Shown one piece after another: positions 38,030 to 46,244 of a stretch of 64,000 nucleotides of DNA. The stretch spans positions 2,976,001-3,040,000 of the forward strand of contig CAXXLQ010000004.1 in NCBI GenBank assembly GCA_963668695.2, given 5' to 3'. The translations under genes were made by a program, and so were the position numbers. Numbering within the stretch: the stretch's first letter is position 1; each line of letters opens with the position of its first letter. This DNA is from Vicinamibacteria bacterium. Its GTDB lineage: Bacteria > Acidobacteriota > Vicinamibacteria > Marinacidobacterales > Marinacidobacteraceae. The notes beneath the pieces are model-generated. The model had not been told where the DNA came from, made no database searches, and saw nothing but the letters and a program-made list of their open reading frames with translations.

Positions 38030-39127
38030 ATGGAAACCGATCTTCAAGACACCGAGGCCGCCGTCGCGGCGCGCCAGGACCTTGACCAGCATGTGCGAGA
38101 CATGGTGCGCTGGCATTTCTCGGAAGAGACGGGATGTCCGTTCTGGCTCGATTTCCGGAAACGGCTGGATTTCGACCCCATTGCGGCAGTTCAGGGCTTT
38201 GACGACCTGAGGAAGTTTCCCCCGTTCGAAGACGAATGGCTCCGGGGCGGGCCGGTGCGCCGCTGGATCCCCGCGCCCTACCAGGACCGGCCGCTCTACG
38301 TCTTCGAGACCGGCGGCACCACGGGAATCCCCAAGAGCCGCACGTCGGTGGACGACTTCCGCACCGACTACGAGCTGTTCAGCGCGGTGCTGGCCGACGA
38401 GCACTTCCCGCCGGGGTCCAACTGGCTGATGCTGGGACCCTCGGGGCCGCGCCGGCTACGGCTCGCGGTGGAGCATCTGGCCCAGTTCCGGGGCGGGATC
38501 GCGTTTTGCATAGATCTCGACCCGCGCTGGGTCATCAAGCTGATCCGGAAGGGTTGGACCGAACACCTGCTGGCGTATCAGGCGCACGTGATTGACCAGG
38601 CGCTGACCGTGCTGTCGGCCGGCCACGACATCCGCTGTCTCTTCACGACGCCGAAGCTGCTCGAAGCGCTCTGTTTGCGGCTCGAGGACGAGGGGAAGAC
38701 CCTCGCCGAGACGGGGATCCGGGGCATCTTCTCGGGGGGCACGGAGTTCACCCCGCAGTGGACCCGATTTGCGATGGAGGAGTTGCTGGACGGCGTGTTC
38801 CTGCAGCCCACCTACGGCAACACCCTGATGGGGCTCGCCCCGGCCCGCCCGCCGACTCCCGAGGACGGCTACAAGATCGCCTACTACCCGCCGATGCCCC
38901 GCGCCGTGCTGGAGGTCGTGGATTCCGACACCGGCGACGTCGTGGACTACGGCGAAACCGGGCGGGTGCGTCTCGCCACGCTCACGCGGGAGTTCTTCGT
39001 CCCCGGTTTCCTGGAGCGCGACGAGGGCGAACGCGAGCCGCCCTGGGGCCCCTACGCCTGGGACGGCGTCAGCGGCGTCCGCCCCTTCGGCAAGCTCCCC
39101 GGCGGCACCACGGTGGGGGTGTACTGA
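38030..39127 (+). CDS. LuxE/PaaK/EhpF-like adenylate-forming enzyme
   Basis: WHFSEETGCPFWL, P-loop-like FETGGTTGIPK, LGPSGP, IDLDPRWV, GGT, TYGNTLMG, YGETGRV, ERD. Confidence 0.75.
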   Translation: METDLQDTEAAVAARQDLDQHVRDMVRWHFSEETGCPFWLDFRKRLDFDPIAAVQGFDDLRKFPPFEDEWLRGGPVRRWIPAPYQDRPLYVFETGGTTGIPKSRTSVDDFRTDYELFSAVLADEHFPPGSNWLMLGPSGPRRLRLAVEHLAQFRGGIAFCIDLDPRWVIKLIRKGWTEHLLAYQAHVIDQALTVLSAGHDIRCLFTTPKLLEALCLRLEDEGKTLAETGIRGIFSGGTEFTPQWTRFAMEELLDGVFLQPTYGNTLMGLAPARPPTPEDGYKIAYYPPMPRAVLEVVDSDTGDVVDYGETGRVRLATLTREFFVPGFLERDEGEREPPWGPYAWDGVSGVRPFGKLPGGTTVGVY

Positions 39128-39145
39128 CGTCCGATCCGGCGTTAA

Positions 39146-39360
39146 CAGCCTGTGGCGAAACCCATGCGGCCCAGTTCTCCCGGTGGGGGCTCGCCCGGCG
39201 ATGCATCCCGGCTGAATCACTCCGCTTCGCTTCGTTCCGCGTTGCGTTTCGGTCGAAATACACTCGGTATTCCTCCCTCACGCGCCTTGTCAGCCGGGCG
39301 CCTCGCCCCACCGGGAGAACTGGCCGGGCTCGGCGCTCACCTCGGTTCCACCACAGGCTG
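39146..39360 (+). mobile_element. MITE family A copy, 215 bp = 179 + 2 x 18
   Basis: TTAA direct repeat on both sides; one module in each orientation. Confidence 0.88.
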
Positions 39361-39455
39361 TTAAGGACAGGCGCCGGATGCCCGGCGTACATCCACCGGG
39401 CGCTACGGGCTGCGATTTTGCCGGGAGGCGAAGACTTCCCGAGGAGGACAAGAAG

Positions 39456-42332
39456 ATGATCTGGCGAACCTGGATCCGGAACGGCGGGCGCGGATGTTTA
39501 ACAGCCGGTGGCAGAACCCAGGCGGCGTTCGACCGGCGATGCATCCCGCCTGAACCGCGCCGCTATGCGGCGCTCGGCGTTGCGCTTCGGTCGAAATACA
39601 CTCGGTATTCCTCCCTCACGCGCCTTGTCAGTCGCGCGCCTCACCGCTCTCGGCGCTCACCCGGGTTCCACCACAGGCTGTTAACAGCCTGTGGCAAAAC
39701 CCACGCGGCCCAGTTCTCCCGGTGGGGGCTCGACGGGCGATGCATCCCGGCTGAACCGCCCCGCTTCGCGGGGCTCTGCGTTGCGCTTCGGTCGAAATAC
39801 ACCCGGGCCAGTTCTCCCGGTGGGGGCTCCTCCCTCACGCGCCTTGTCAGCCGGGCGCCTCGCCCGTCTCGGCGCTCACGTGGGCTTCACCAAAGGCTGT
39901 TCACGGGGATCCTGGCGGCGGGCGTCGCGACCGCCGGGCCCAGCGCGGCGAGCGCCCAGTCCGAAACCGTCCTCATTCGCGCGCGGACGATCCACACCGT
40001 CACCAGCGGAACCCTTCACGAGGGCGAGATCCTGATCCGGAACGGGATCATCGAGGCGGTCGGCCCGTCCGTGGATGTTCCCGCCGACGCCCGCGTGTAC
40101 GAAGCCCAAGTGGTGATCCCGGGCCTGATCGACGCGCACGCGCACCTCGCCCTGGACCGTTCCGGCCGCTCGCGCATCCCCGGCCCGGTGACCGCCGAAT
40201 GGAAAGCCGTGGAGCACCTGGAGCTGTCGGATCCCATGATCCAGGTGGCGCTCTCCGGAGGCGTGACGTCGCTGGTCACGCGCCCGGGCAGCGGTGTCAT
40301 TTCCAGTGGGCAGTCGGTCGCGCTCAAGTTGAAGCGCATTCCAGGTCCGGAGATGATCCTCAAGCCCTATGTGGACCTGAAGATGGCCGTGCGCCCGCTG
40401 ATCAACCTGCGGCCAGGCGAGACGCCGCAGACGGTGATGGGGTGGTACGCCGCCGCCGACGAGTACTTCCGCCGCGCACAAGCCTATGTGCGAGAGCAGG
40501 AAGCCCGCGCAGCCGGAGCCGGAGCCGGACCGGCGCGTGACGAGCGCCTGGAGGCCTTCGCGGCCGTGATCCGGGGGGAGGTCATGGTCCACGCGCACGC
40601 GCACTATCCGAGCGAGGTGATGATGGTGCTGCGCCTGGCGCGCAAGTACGGCTTCTTCGACCGCTTGGCCCTCGCGCACGCGGAGGAGATCTTCCCGCTC
40701 ACCGAGCTGCTCGCCGGAACCAACATCGTCCCGGTCATCGGTCCGATGATGATCGTCCAGTATTTCAACGATCCAGAGCCCCTGAATCTGCTGAAGGAAC
40801 TCCTGGACGCAGGCGTGCACGCCAGCATCCAGACCGACATGTCGAACCAGCACTTCAAGGACTTCCGCGAGTACGGGGCGTTTCTGGCGCGCCACGGCCT
40901 CACTGACGAACAGGCGCTCGAGGTAATGACAATCAACGGAGCGCGCGCGATGATGCTCGACCACCGGGTGGGCAGCATCGAAGTCGGAAAGGACGCGGAC
41001 CTGGTGCTGCTCGACGGGCATTTCCTCGATCTGACCGCCGACCGGGTGGAGCGCGTGTTCGTGGACGGGCGGCTCGAGTACGAGCGCGACCGCGTGCTCC
41101 AGCCCGAACGACCCCGCGCCGTGGGGCCGTTTACCCCGGTGATCGGGGCGATCACTCCGGACGACGAGGCCTTCGCCATCACGGGCGCGCATGTGTTCAC
41201 CGTGAGCAGCGGCGCAATACACAACGCCACCCTGGTAGTCGAGGACGGCCGGTTCACCCGGGTGGAGGCGGACGCCGCTCCGCCCGCGGGGATGGCGGTC
41301 ATGGACGTAGGGGGCAGGGTGGTCATGCCGGGAACGGTGATCGCGCGCGCTTTTCCCAACGACTGGATCGGCGACCTCAAGTGGCAGGTGCAAAACGACG
41401 AGACCACCGCGCCGGTGGTGCCGGAGATGAACGCCCTGTACGCCGTGGACCCATGGTTTCCGTCGTACCGGGTGAACACGACGATCGGAGTGACCGCGAT
41501 CCACGTCACGCCCGGCACGCGCAATCTGGTGGGCGGCAACGGCGTCGTGGTGAAAACGCCTGGCCTCGACTTCGAGAAGATGGTGCGCCGCGAGCCCGCC
41601 AGCATGGTGTTCGCCCTCACCGCCTCGGCGCTCAGGGAGTGGACGGACGAGGCCGGGGCGCCGCTGACGGTCGAAAGCGCCTCGGCGATGGTCAGAAAGA
41701 CGCTGGACGCCGCACGCAGGTACGCGGAGGCGGAGGAGCCCCAGGAGTACGACGCGCGCCTCGAAGCGCTCCTGCCGCTACTCCGGCGAGAGGTGCCGGC
41801 GATGGTTCATGCGGATCGCGTGGCCGAGATCGAAGAGGCGCTGAGCCTCGCGGAGGACTACGGCCTGAGGCTCGTGATCACCGGCGGAGTGTCGGCGCAC
41901 CGACTGGCCGACCGGCTCGCGGCGGCCGGCGCGGGAGTCATTCTGGGCAACTCCGGGAGCTACGCGTCGGACATCCGCGGGGGTGGTGAGGGCTGGAGCG
42001 TGGAGGGGCCCGCCATCCTGAACCGGGCCGGCGTCAAGGTGGCGTTTTTCGGTCCGGGCGCCTCGCGGCGCGCTTCGCCCATCGGGCGGCTGGGCGGTGA
42101 GCCGATCCTCAACGCGGCGTGGGCCTTCCGCAACGGCGTCCCGGAGGTGGACGCGCTGAGGATGGCGACGCTGCATGCCGCCGAGCTGCTCGACTCGGGC
42201 GATCGGATCGGAAGCATCGAACCGGGCAAGGACGCGGATTTCGTCATTCTGGAAGGGCATCCGTTCGACTACCGGGTGGTGCCGGGGTGGGTGTTCGTGG
42301 ACGGGAGATTGGAGGTGGGCGGTCCTCAGTAA
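39456..42332 (+). CDS. Secreted two-domain amidohydrolase with two in-frame MITE insertions in the signal peptide
   Basis: GAGGAGG RBS then ATG 39456; PGLIDAHAH, GVTS, VHAH, GSIEVGKDADLV; second domain ends GSIEPGKDADFV..GHPF. Confidence 0.85.
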   Translation: MIWRTWIRNGGRGCLTAGGRTQAAFDRRCIPPEPRRYAALGVALRSKYTRYSSLTRLVSRAPHRSRRSPGFHHRLLTACGKTHAAQFSRWGLDGRCIPAEPPRFAGLCVALRSKYTRASSPGGGSSLTRLVSRAPRPSRRSRGLHQRLFTGILAAGVATAGPSAASAQSETVLIRARTIHTVTSGTLHEGEILIRNGIIEAVGPSVDVPADARVYEAQVVIPGLIDAHAHLALDRSGRSRIPGPVTAEWKAVEHLELSDPMIQVALSGGVTSLVTRPGSGVISSGQSVALKLKRIPGPEMILKPYVDLKMAVRPLINLRPGETPQTVMGWYAAADEYFRRAQAYVREQEARAAGAGAGPARDERLEAFAAVIRGEVMVHAHAHYPSEVMMVLRLARKYGFFDRLALAHAEEIFPLTELLAGTNIVPVIGPMMIVQYFNDPEPLNLLKELLDAGVHASIQTDMSNQHFKDFREYGAFLARHGLTDEQALEVMTINGARAMMLDHRVGSIEVGKDADLVLLDGHFLDLTADRVERVFVDGRLEYERDRVLQPERPRAVGPFTPVIGAITPDDEAFAITGAHVFTVSSGAIHNATLVVEDGRFTRVEADAAPPAGMAVMDVGGRVVMPGTVIARAFPNDWIGDLKWQVQNDETTAPVVPEMNALYAVDPWFPSYRVNTTIGVTAIHVTPGTRNLVGGNGVVVKTPGLDFEKMVRREPASMVFALTASALREWTDEAGAPLTVESASAMVRKTLDAARRYAEAEEPQEYDARLEALLPLLRREVPAMVHADRVAEIEEALSLAEDYGLRLVITGGVSAHRLADRLAAAGAGVILGNSGSYASDIRGGGEGWSVEGPAILNRAGVKVAFFGPGASRRASPIGRLGGEPILNAAWAFRNGVPEVDALRMATLHAAELLDSGDRIGSIEPGKDADFVILEGHPFDYRVVPGWVFVDGRLEVGGPQ
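39502..39899 (+). mobile_element. Two tandem MITE family A copies (39502-39680, 179 bp; 39685-39899, 215 bp)
   Basis: Arrangement TTAA-[copy]-TTAA-[copy]-TTCA. Confidence 0.9.
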
Positions 42333-42548
42333 CAGCCTGTGGTGGAACCCGGGTGAGCGCCGAGAACGGCCAGTTCTCCCGGTGGGGGCGAGACGCCCGG
42401 CTGACAAGGCGCGTGAGGGAGGAATACCCAGTGTATTTCGACCGAAACGCAATGCAGAGCGCCGCAAAGTGGCGCGGTTCAGGCGGGATGCATCGCCGCT
42501 CGAGCCCCCACCGGGAGAACTGGGCCGCCTGGGTTTCACCACAGGCTA
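42333..42548 (-). mobile_element. MITE family A copy, 216 bp, 2 modules
   Basis: Begins directly after the amidohydrolase TAA; CAGCCTGTGGTGGAACCC...GGGTTTCACCACAGGCTA. Confidence 0.85.
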
Positions 42549-42594
42549 TTCCGCTCGCGAGCGGCGCCTGCCGCACCGCCGGACTTCGCTTCGG

Positions 42595-42932
42595 CGGCGT
42601 GTTCCTGCAACCCACCTACGGCAACACCCTGATGGGGCTTGCTCCGGCGCGCCCGCCGACTCCCGAGGACGGCTACAAGATCGCCTACTACCCCCCGCTG
42701 CCAAGCGCCGTGCTGGAAGTCGTGGATTCCGACACCGGCGAGGTGGTGGACCATGGCGAAACCGGGCGGGTCCGTCTCACCGCGCTCACGCGGGAGTTCT
42801 TCGTCCCCGGTTTCCTTGAGCGCGACGAGGGCGAACGCGAGCCGCCGTGGGGACCCTACGCCTGGGACGGCGTCAGCGGCGTCCGCCCCCTTCGGGCAAC
42901 TCCCCGGCGGCACCACGGTCGGGGTCTACTGA
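42595..42932 (+). pseudogene. Duplicated, frameshifted 3' fragment of the LuxE/EhpF-like gene
   Basis: Near copy of 38791-39127 (GVFLQPTYGNTLMG...GVY*), 338 vs 337 bp, with scattered substitutions and a net +1 shift near 42890. Confidence 0.9.
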
Positions 42933-42970
42933 CAGGGAAACCCCGACTTTTCCCAAGGCCGGCTGGGCAA

Positions 42971-42994
42971 GGGAACGCCGGCCTCCGATCGGCA
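42971..42994 (+). repeat. Short REP-like palindrome
   Basis: GGGAACGCCGGCCTCCGATCGGCA. Confidence 0.5.
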
Positions 42995-43049
42995 TCGCCC
43001 GCCAGAGGCGGGCTCGACGCAGAAGCCGCGAGGATGGATGGGACGGTGT

Positions 43050-43880
43050 TCAAATTACGGCGTCGTCCAGCTCGATGATGACCGGAGCGCATGGGGCCCA
43101 GTTTTGGCCCGGCAGCTCGTCAAGCGGCCCGCGGTATTTGAGGTCCACACAAGCGGACGTGACATGAGGAGCGACGCTCTTCGATCCGAGAATCAGATGG
43201 AGCCGGGTGTTGGGATCCGTCGGGGCACCCTTGTAGTGAATCGGCGTACCGGAGTTGAAGCCCGCTTCATCTTCGCTATGAAAGTCACGGTACAGGTCCA
43301 CAAAACCCCCGTCGCACAACGCCTGTAGCGCATCCCGTTCTTCTCTTGACCGGTAGAGCGTGTCAGGTTTGGGCTCGCCGTCCAGAACGACATTGAAATC
43401 CCCGCAGAGGAAGGTCGGCTTCGACCCGTCGTATTGATCGGCGACGTGCTTGGTCAGACCGTCCAACCACTTCACCTTGGACTTGATCGAACGGCGGATC
43501 TGATCTTTGTTCTTGCTGCCATATGGCGCCGCGGGCAGGTAGACGGAGGAGATCCGCAGTCTGCCGGTGTCCACCGTGAGCAATCTTCCATCCGCTTCCC
43601 GGCCAGGCCATCCTCTCTGCAGCACTTCCGGTTCTCGGGCTCCGGTCAGGAGGTCCTGTCGGATCAGGATCGCGACGCTGGCTAGTTCATAGTCGGGGAA
43701 AAGAGCCTCGATGTGGTAGCCGAGATCCGCAATTCTCTGTCTCGGGAACTCCTCCTGCCGTTTGCAGGAGATACGAATCTTCTGCAGTGCGACGATTTCA
43801 GGCTGCCGCTGCTGCAGCCAGTGGTGCAGATACCCGAGTCGTTTGTTCACGCCGTTCACGGACCAGGTTGCGATTTTCAT
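43050..43880 (-). CDS. Exodeoxyribonuclease III-like (EEP family) protein with atypical active site
   Basis: MKIATWSVNG, PEIVALQK, SVAIL, GRLL, SVYLP, CGDFN, GFVDLYR, RLHLIL, APCAPV; visibly less GC-rich than its neighbours. Confidence 0.82.
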   Translation of the reverse strand: MKIATWSVNGVNKRLGYLHHWLQQRQPEIVALQKIRISCKRQEEFPRQRIADLGYHIEALFPDYELASVAILIRQDLLTGAREPEVLQRGWPGREADGRLLTVDTGRLRISSVYLPAAPYGSKNKDQIRRSIKSKVKWLDGLTKHVADQYDGSKPTFLCGDFNVVLDGEPKPDTLYRSREERDALQALCDGGFVDLYRDFHSEDEAGFNSGTPIHYKGAPTDPNTRLHLILGSKSVAPHVTSACVDLKYRGPLDELPGQNWAPCAPVIIELDDAVI

Positions 43881-44060
43881 GGATGGATCCTCCCCTCGGA
43901 CTGTCCACCATATGGCTCCAACATGTCAGTTTTTGTCACGGTGCCGGCCGATCCGAGCTGGGGGCGATAACCGGGTCTGCTACAGCGGGACAGAGGTTCG
44001 GCGGACGTGCCGCGGGCAGGGCGGGGGTCTGCGCCGTTCCGCGGCGCCGCGCGCCGCGGG

Positions 44061-44085
44061 TGCCGGTCTGAAGACCGGCGCTCCC
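44061..44085 (-). repeat. Short REP-like palindrome
   Basis: GGGAGCGCCGGTCTTCAGACCGGCA on the minus strand. Confidence 0.55.
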
Positions 44086-44132
44086 AAGCCGCCGGCGCCA
44101 TCAGCGCAAGTAGCGGTGTTCTGGACGCTCCG

Positions 44133-46160
44133 TCAGTTCGTGGTGGGATGCGTCCGGTACTTGTCGAACCAAGCCACGATGTTGGCGATCTTCGCCATCA
44201 ACTGGCTCGGGCGGCGGCTCATGTCGTGAGACGCGCCGGGCAGCCGGACCACGGCTGTGTCGATCCCGCGGAACTTGAGGGCGTGAAACAGTTGGTACGA
44301 CTCGGATAGCGGCGTCCGGAGATCCTCTTCTCCGGTGACGATCAGGGTCGGCGTCTTCACGTTGCCGGCCAGGGAGAGCGGCGAGAACTTCCAGTAGGGC
44401 TCCGGGTTCTCCCAGGGGAGGCCCTCGTAGCGGCTGAAGTAGTAGCCGTACCAGTTGTCGGCGGTGAGCGTCTTACTGATCCAGTTGACGACCGGTTTCT
44501 GGGCGGCGGCAGCGCGGAAGCGGTCCGTCTTCCCGACGATCCACGCGGTCATGATCCCGCCGGCGCTGCCGCCGGTCACGAAGAGGTTGTCCTCGTCGAC
44601 GTACCCGCGGGCAATCACCGCGTCCACTCCCGACATGAGGTCGTCATAGTCGTTGCCCGGGTAATTGCGGTACAGCAGGTCCCCGAACTCCTCGCCGTAG
44701 CTCGTGCTGCCACGGGGGTTTGCATATAGGACGACGTACCCGGCGGCGGCGAGCAACTGCATCTCCGCGGAGAAGCGGTCGCCGTAGTTGGAGATCGGCC
44801 CGCCGTGGATCTCGAGAATCAGCGGGTACCGGCGCCCCGGATCGAAGTCGGGCGGTTTGACGATCCAGCCCTGGACCGCGCGGCCGTCGAAGGATGAATC
44901 CCACCAGATCTCCTCGACTTCGCCGAGGTTCCTGCCGGCGAGCAGATCCTCGTTGAGCGAGGTTAGCTGCCGCACCGCGTCACCGGGCATGCCCACCGCG
45001 AGCTCGCCCGGCTGATCCGGGCGGCTCTGGTTGAACGCGAAGGCGCCGGTGTTCGCGACCGAGAACGACCCGCCGCCGTAGGGGCGGCCGTAGGAGGCGC
45101 CGCCAAGGTCCGCCCCCAGAACCGCGAGCTCGCCGTCCAGCGTCACGAAGGCGACCTTCGAGTTGCCCTCGTCGTCATACTGGAAGTAGAGGCGGTGCCC
45201 GTCCGCCGCCCACACCGGATTCGAGACACTCCGGTCCAGGCCGGTCGTGACGACGCGCTGGCCGCTCCCGTCCAGATTCATGACCTGGAGTCGGCTGACC
45301 TGGTAGGTCCGCACCCGGTCCTCGTAGCCCACGAACGCGATCTGCTGCCCGTCGGGAGAGACGGCGGGGCTCTGGTCCGGCCCGTTCCGGTCGGTCAGCG
45401 CGCGGATCTCCCCGCCGGCGACCGGCGCAATGTAGAGATCCGAGTTGCGGTAGTCGTGCACCCAGTCGGGGTTGCGGTTCGAGGAGAAGACGAGGTGCCG
45501 GCCGTCCGGCGTCCAGGCGGCGGGACTCGAGTGTTGAAAGTCGCCCGAAGTGACCTGCACCGGCGTACCGCCTTCGACCGGGAGAACGAAGAGGTGGCTG
45601 TAACCGAAGTCGAGATAGCCCACCCCGTCCTGGCGGTTCTTGAAGCGGTCCTCCATGATCGGAGGATCAGCCCAGTCGGCGCCGGGGGGCGGTTTCGGGG
45701 GTGGGGCGAGTTGGGGCGGGGGATAGGGCACCAGCATGTTGAACGCGAGGTGGCGGCCCTCGGGCGACCAGCGGATATTTCTCGGCGATTCAAGAAGCTG
45801 GGTGAGGGTGGCCGTCTCGCCGGTATCCATCCAGCGCAGGTGGATCTGGCCGTCCGCGGTGAAGGCGATGCGGGTCCCGTCCGGGGACCAACGAGGTGAC
45901 GAGCCGGCGCTTAGCCGGCGGTGGCCGGTGCCGTCGGCGTTCACGATCCACAGTTCGGGCCGCTGGCGGTCGCGCATGATGTCCATCGAGGTCCGGACAT
46001 AGATGACCTGGCTGCCGTCCGGGGAAATCTGCGGATCCGCCGCGAATTCGAGTTGGAAGACGTCCATGGGCTGGAACGACTCCTGGGCCCCGGAGGAAGC
46101 GGGGCCGATGACGAGGACCAGCGCGGCGGCAAGAAGGTTCGTTCGGTGGATTCCGGGCAT
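44133..46160 (-). CDS. S9 family (acylaminoacyl) peptidase, secreted
   Basis: PD40 beta-propeller repeats (SPDG), IHGGP, NPRGSTSYG, nucleophile GGSAGG, DLRTP, H. Confidence 0.93.
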   Translation of the reverse strand: MPGIHRTNLLAAALVLVIGPASSGAQESFQPMDVFQLEFAADPQISPDGSQVIYVRTSMDIMRDRQRPELWIVNADGTGHRRLSAGSSPRWSPDGTRIAFTADGQIHLRWMDTGETATLTQLLESPRNIRWSPEGRHLAFNMLVPYPPPQLAPPPKPPPGADWADPPIMEDRFKNRQDGVGYLDFGYSHLFVLPVEGGTPVQVTSGDFQHSSPAAWTPDGRHLVFSSNRNPDWVHDYRNSDLYIAPVAGGEIRALTDRNGPDQSPAVSPDGQQIAFVGYEDRVRTYQVSRLQVMNLDGSGQRVVTTGLDRSVSNPVWAADGHRLYFQYDDEGNSKVAFVTLDGELAVLGADLGGASYGRPYGGGSFSVANTGAFAFNQSRPDQPGELAVGMPGDAVRQLTSLNEDLLAGRNLGEVEEIWWDSSFDGRAVQGWIVKPPDFDPGRRYPLILEIHGGPISNYGDRFSAEMQLLAAAGYVVLYANPRGSTSYGEEFGDLLYRNYPGNDYDDLMSGVDAVIARGYVDEDNLFVTGGSAGGIMTAWIVGKTDRFRAAAAQKPVVNWISKTLTADNWYGYYFSRYEGLPWENPEPYWKFSPLSLAGNVKTPTLIVTGEEDLRTPLSESYQLFHALKFRGIDTAVVRLPGASHDMSRRPSQLMAKIANIVAWFDKYRTHPTTN

Positions 46161-46172
46161 GTTTCGACTCTC

Positions 46173-46209
46173 GGGTTCGGGTTCGGTTGGGTTTGGGTTT
46201 GGGTTTGGG
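46173..46209. repeat. Imperfect hexamer microsatellite (GGGTTC/GGGTTT)
   Basis: GGGTTCGGGTTCGGTTGGGTTTGGGTTTGGGTTTGGG between the two S9 genes. Confidence 0.75.
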
Positions 46210-46244
46210 GGAGAAGCTCTGCAACTTACCAGAGGCTTGCGGGA

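Noticed and set aside
42119-43078. 319-aa ORF containing ligase-like sequence
   Set aside because: It is a chimera of off-frame amidohydrolase sequence, a MITE and the frameshifted duplicate fragment, so it is called a pseudogene fragment instead.
46173-46209. Telomere-like repeat
   Set aside because: Only about six imperfect hexamers, internal and intergenic.
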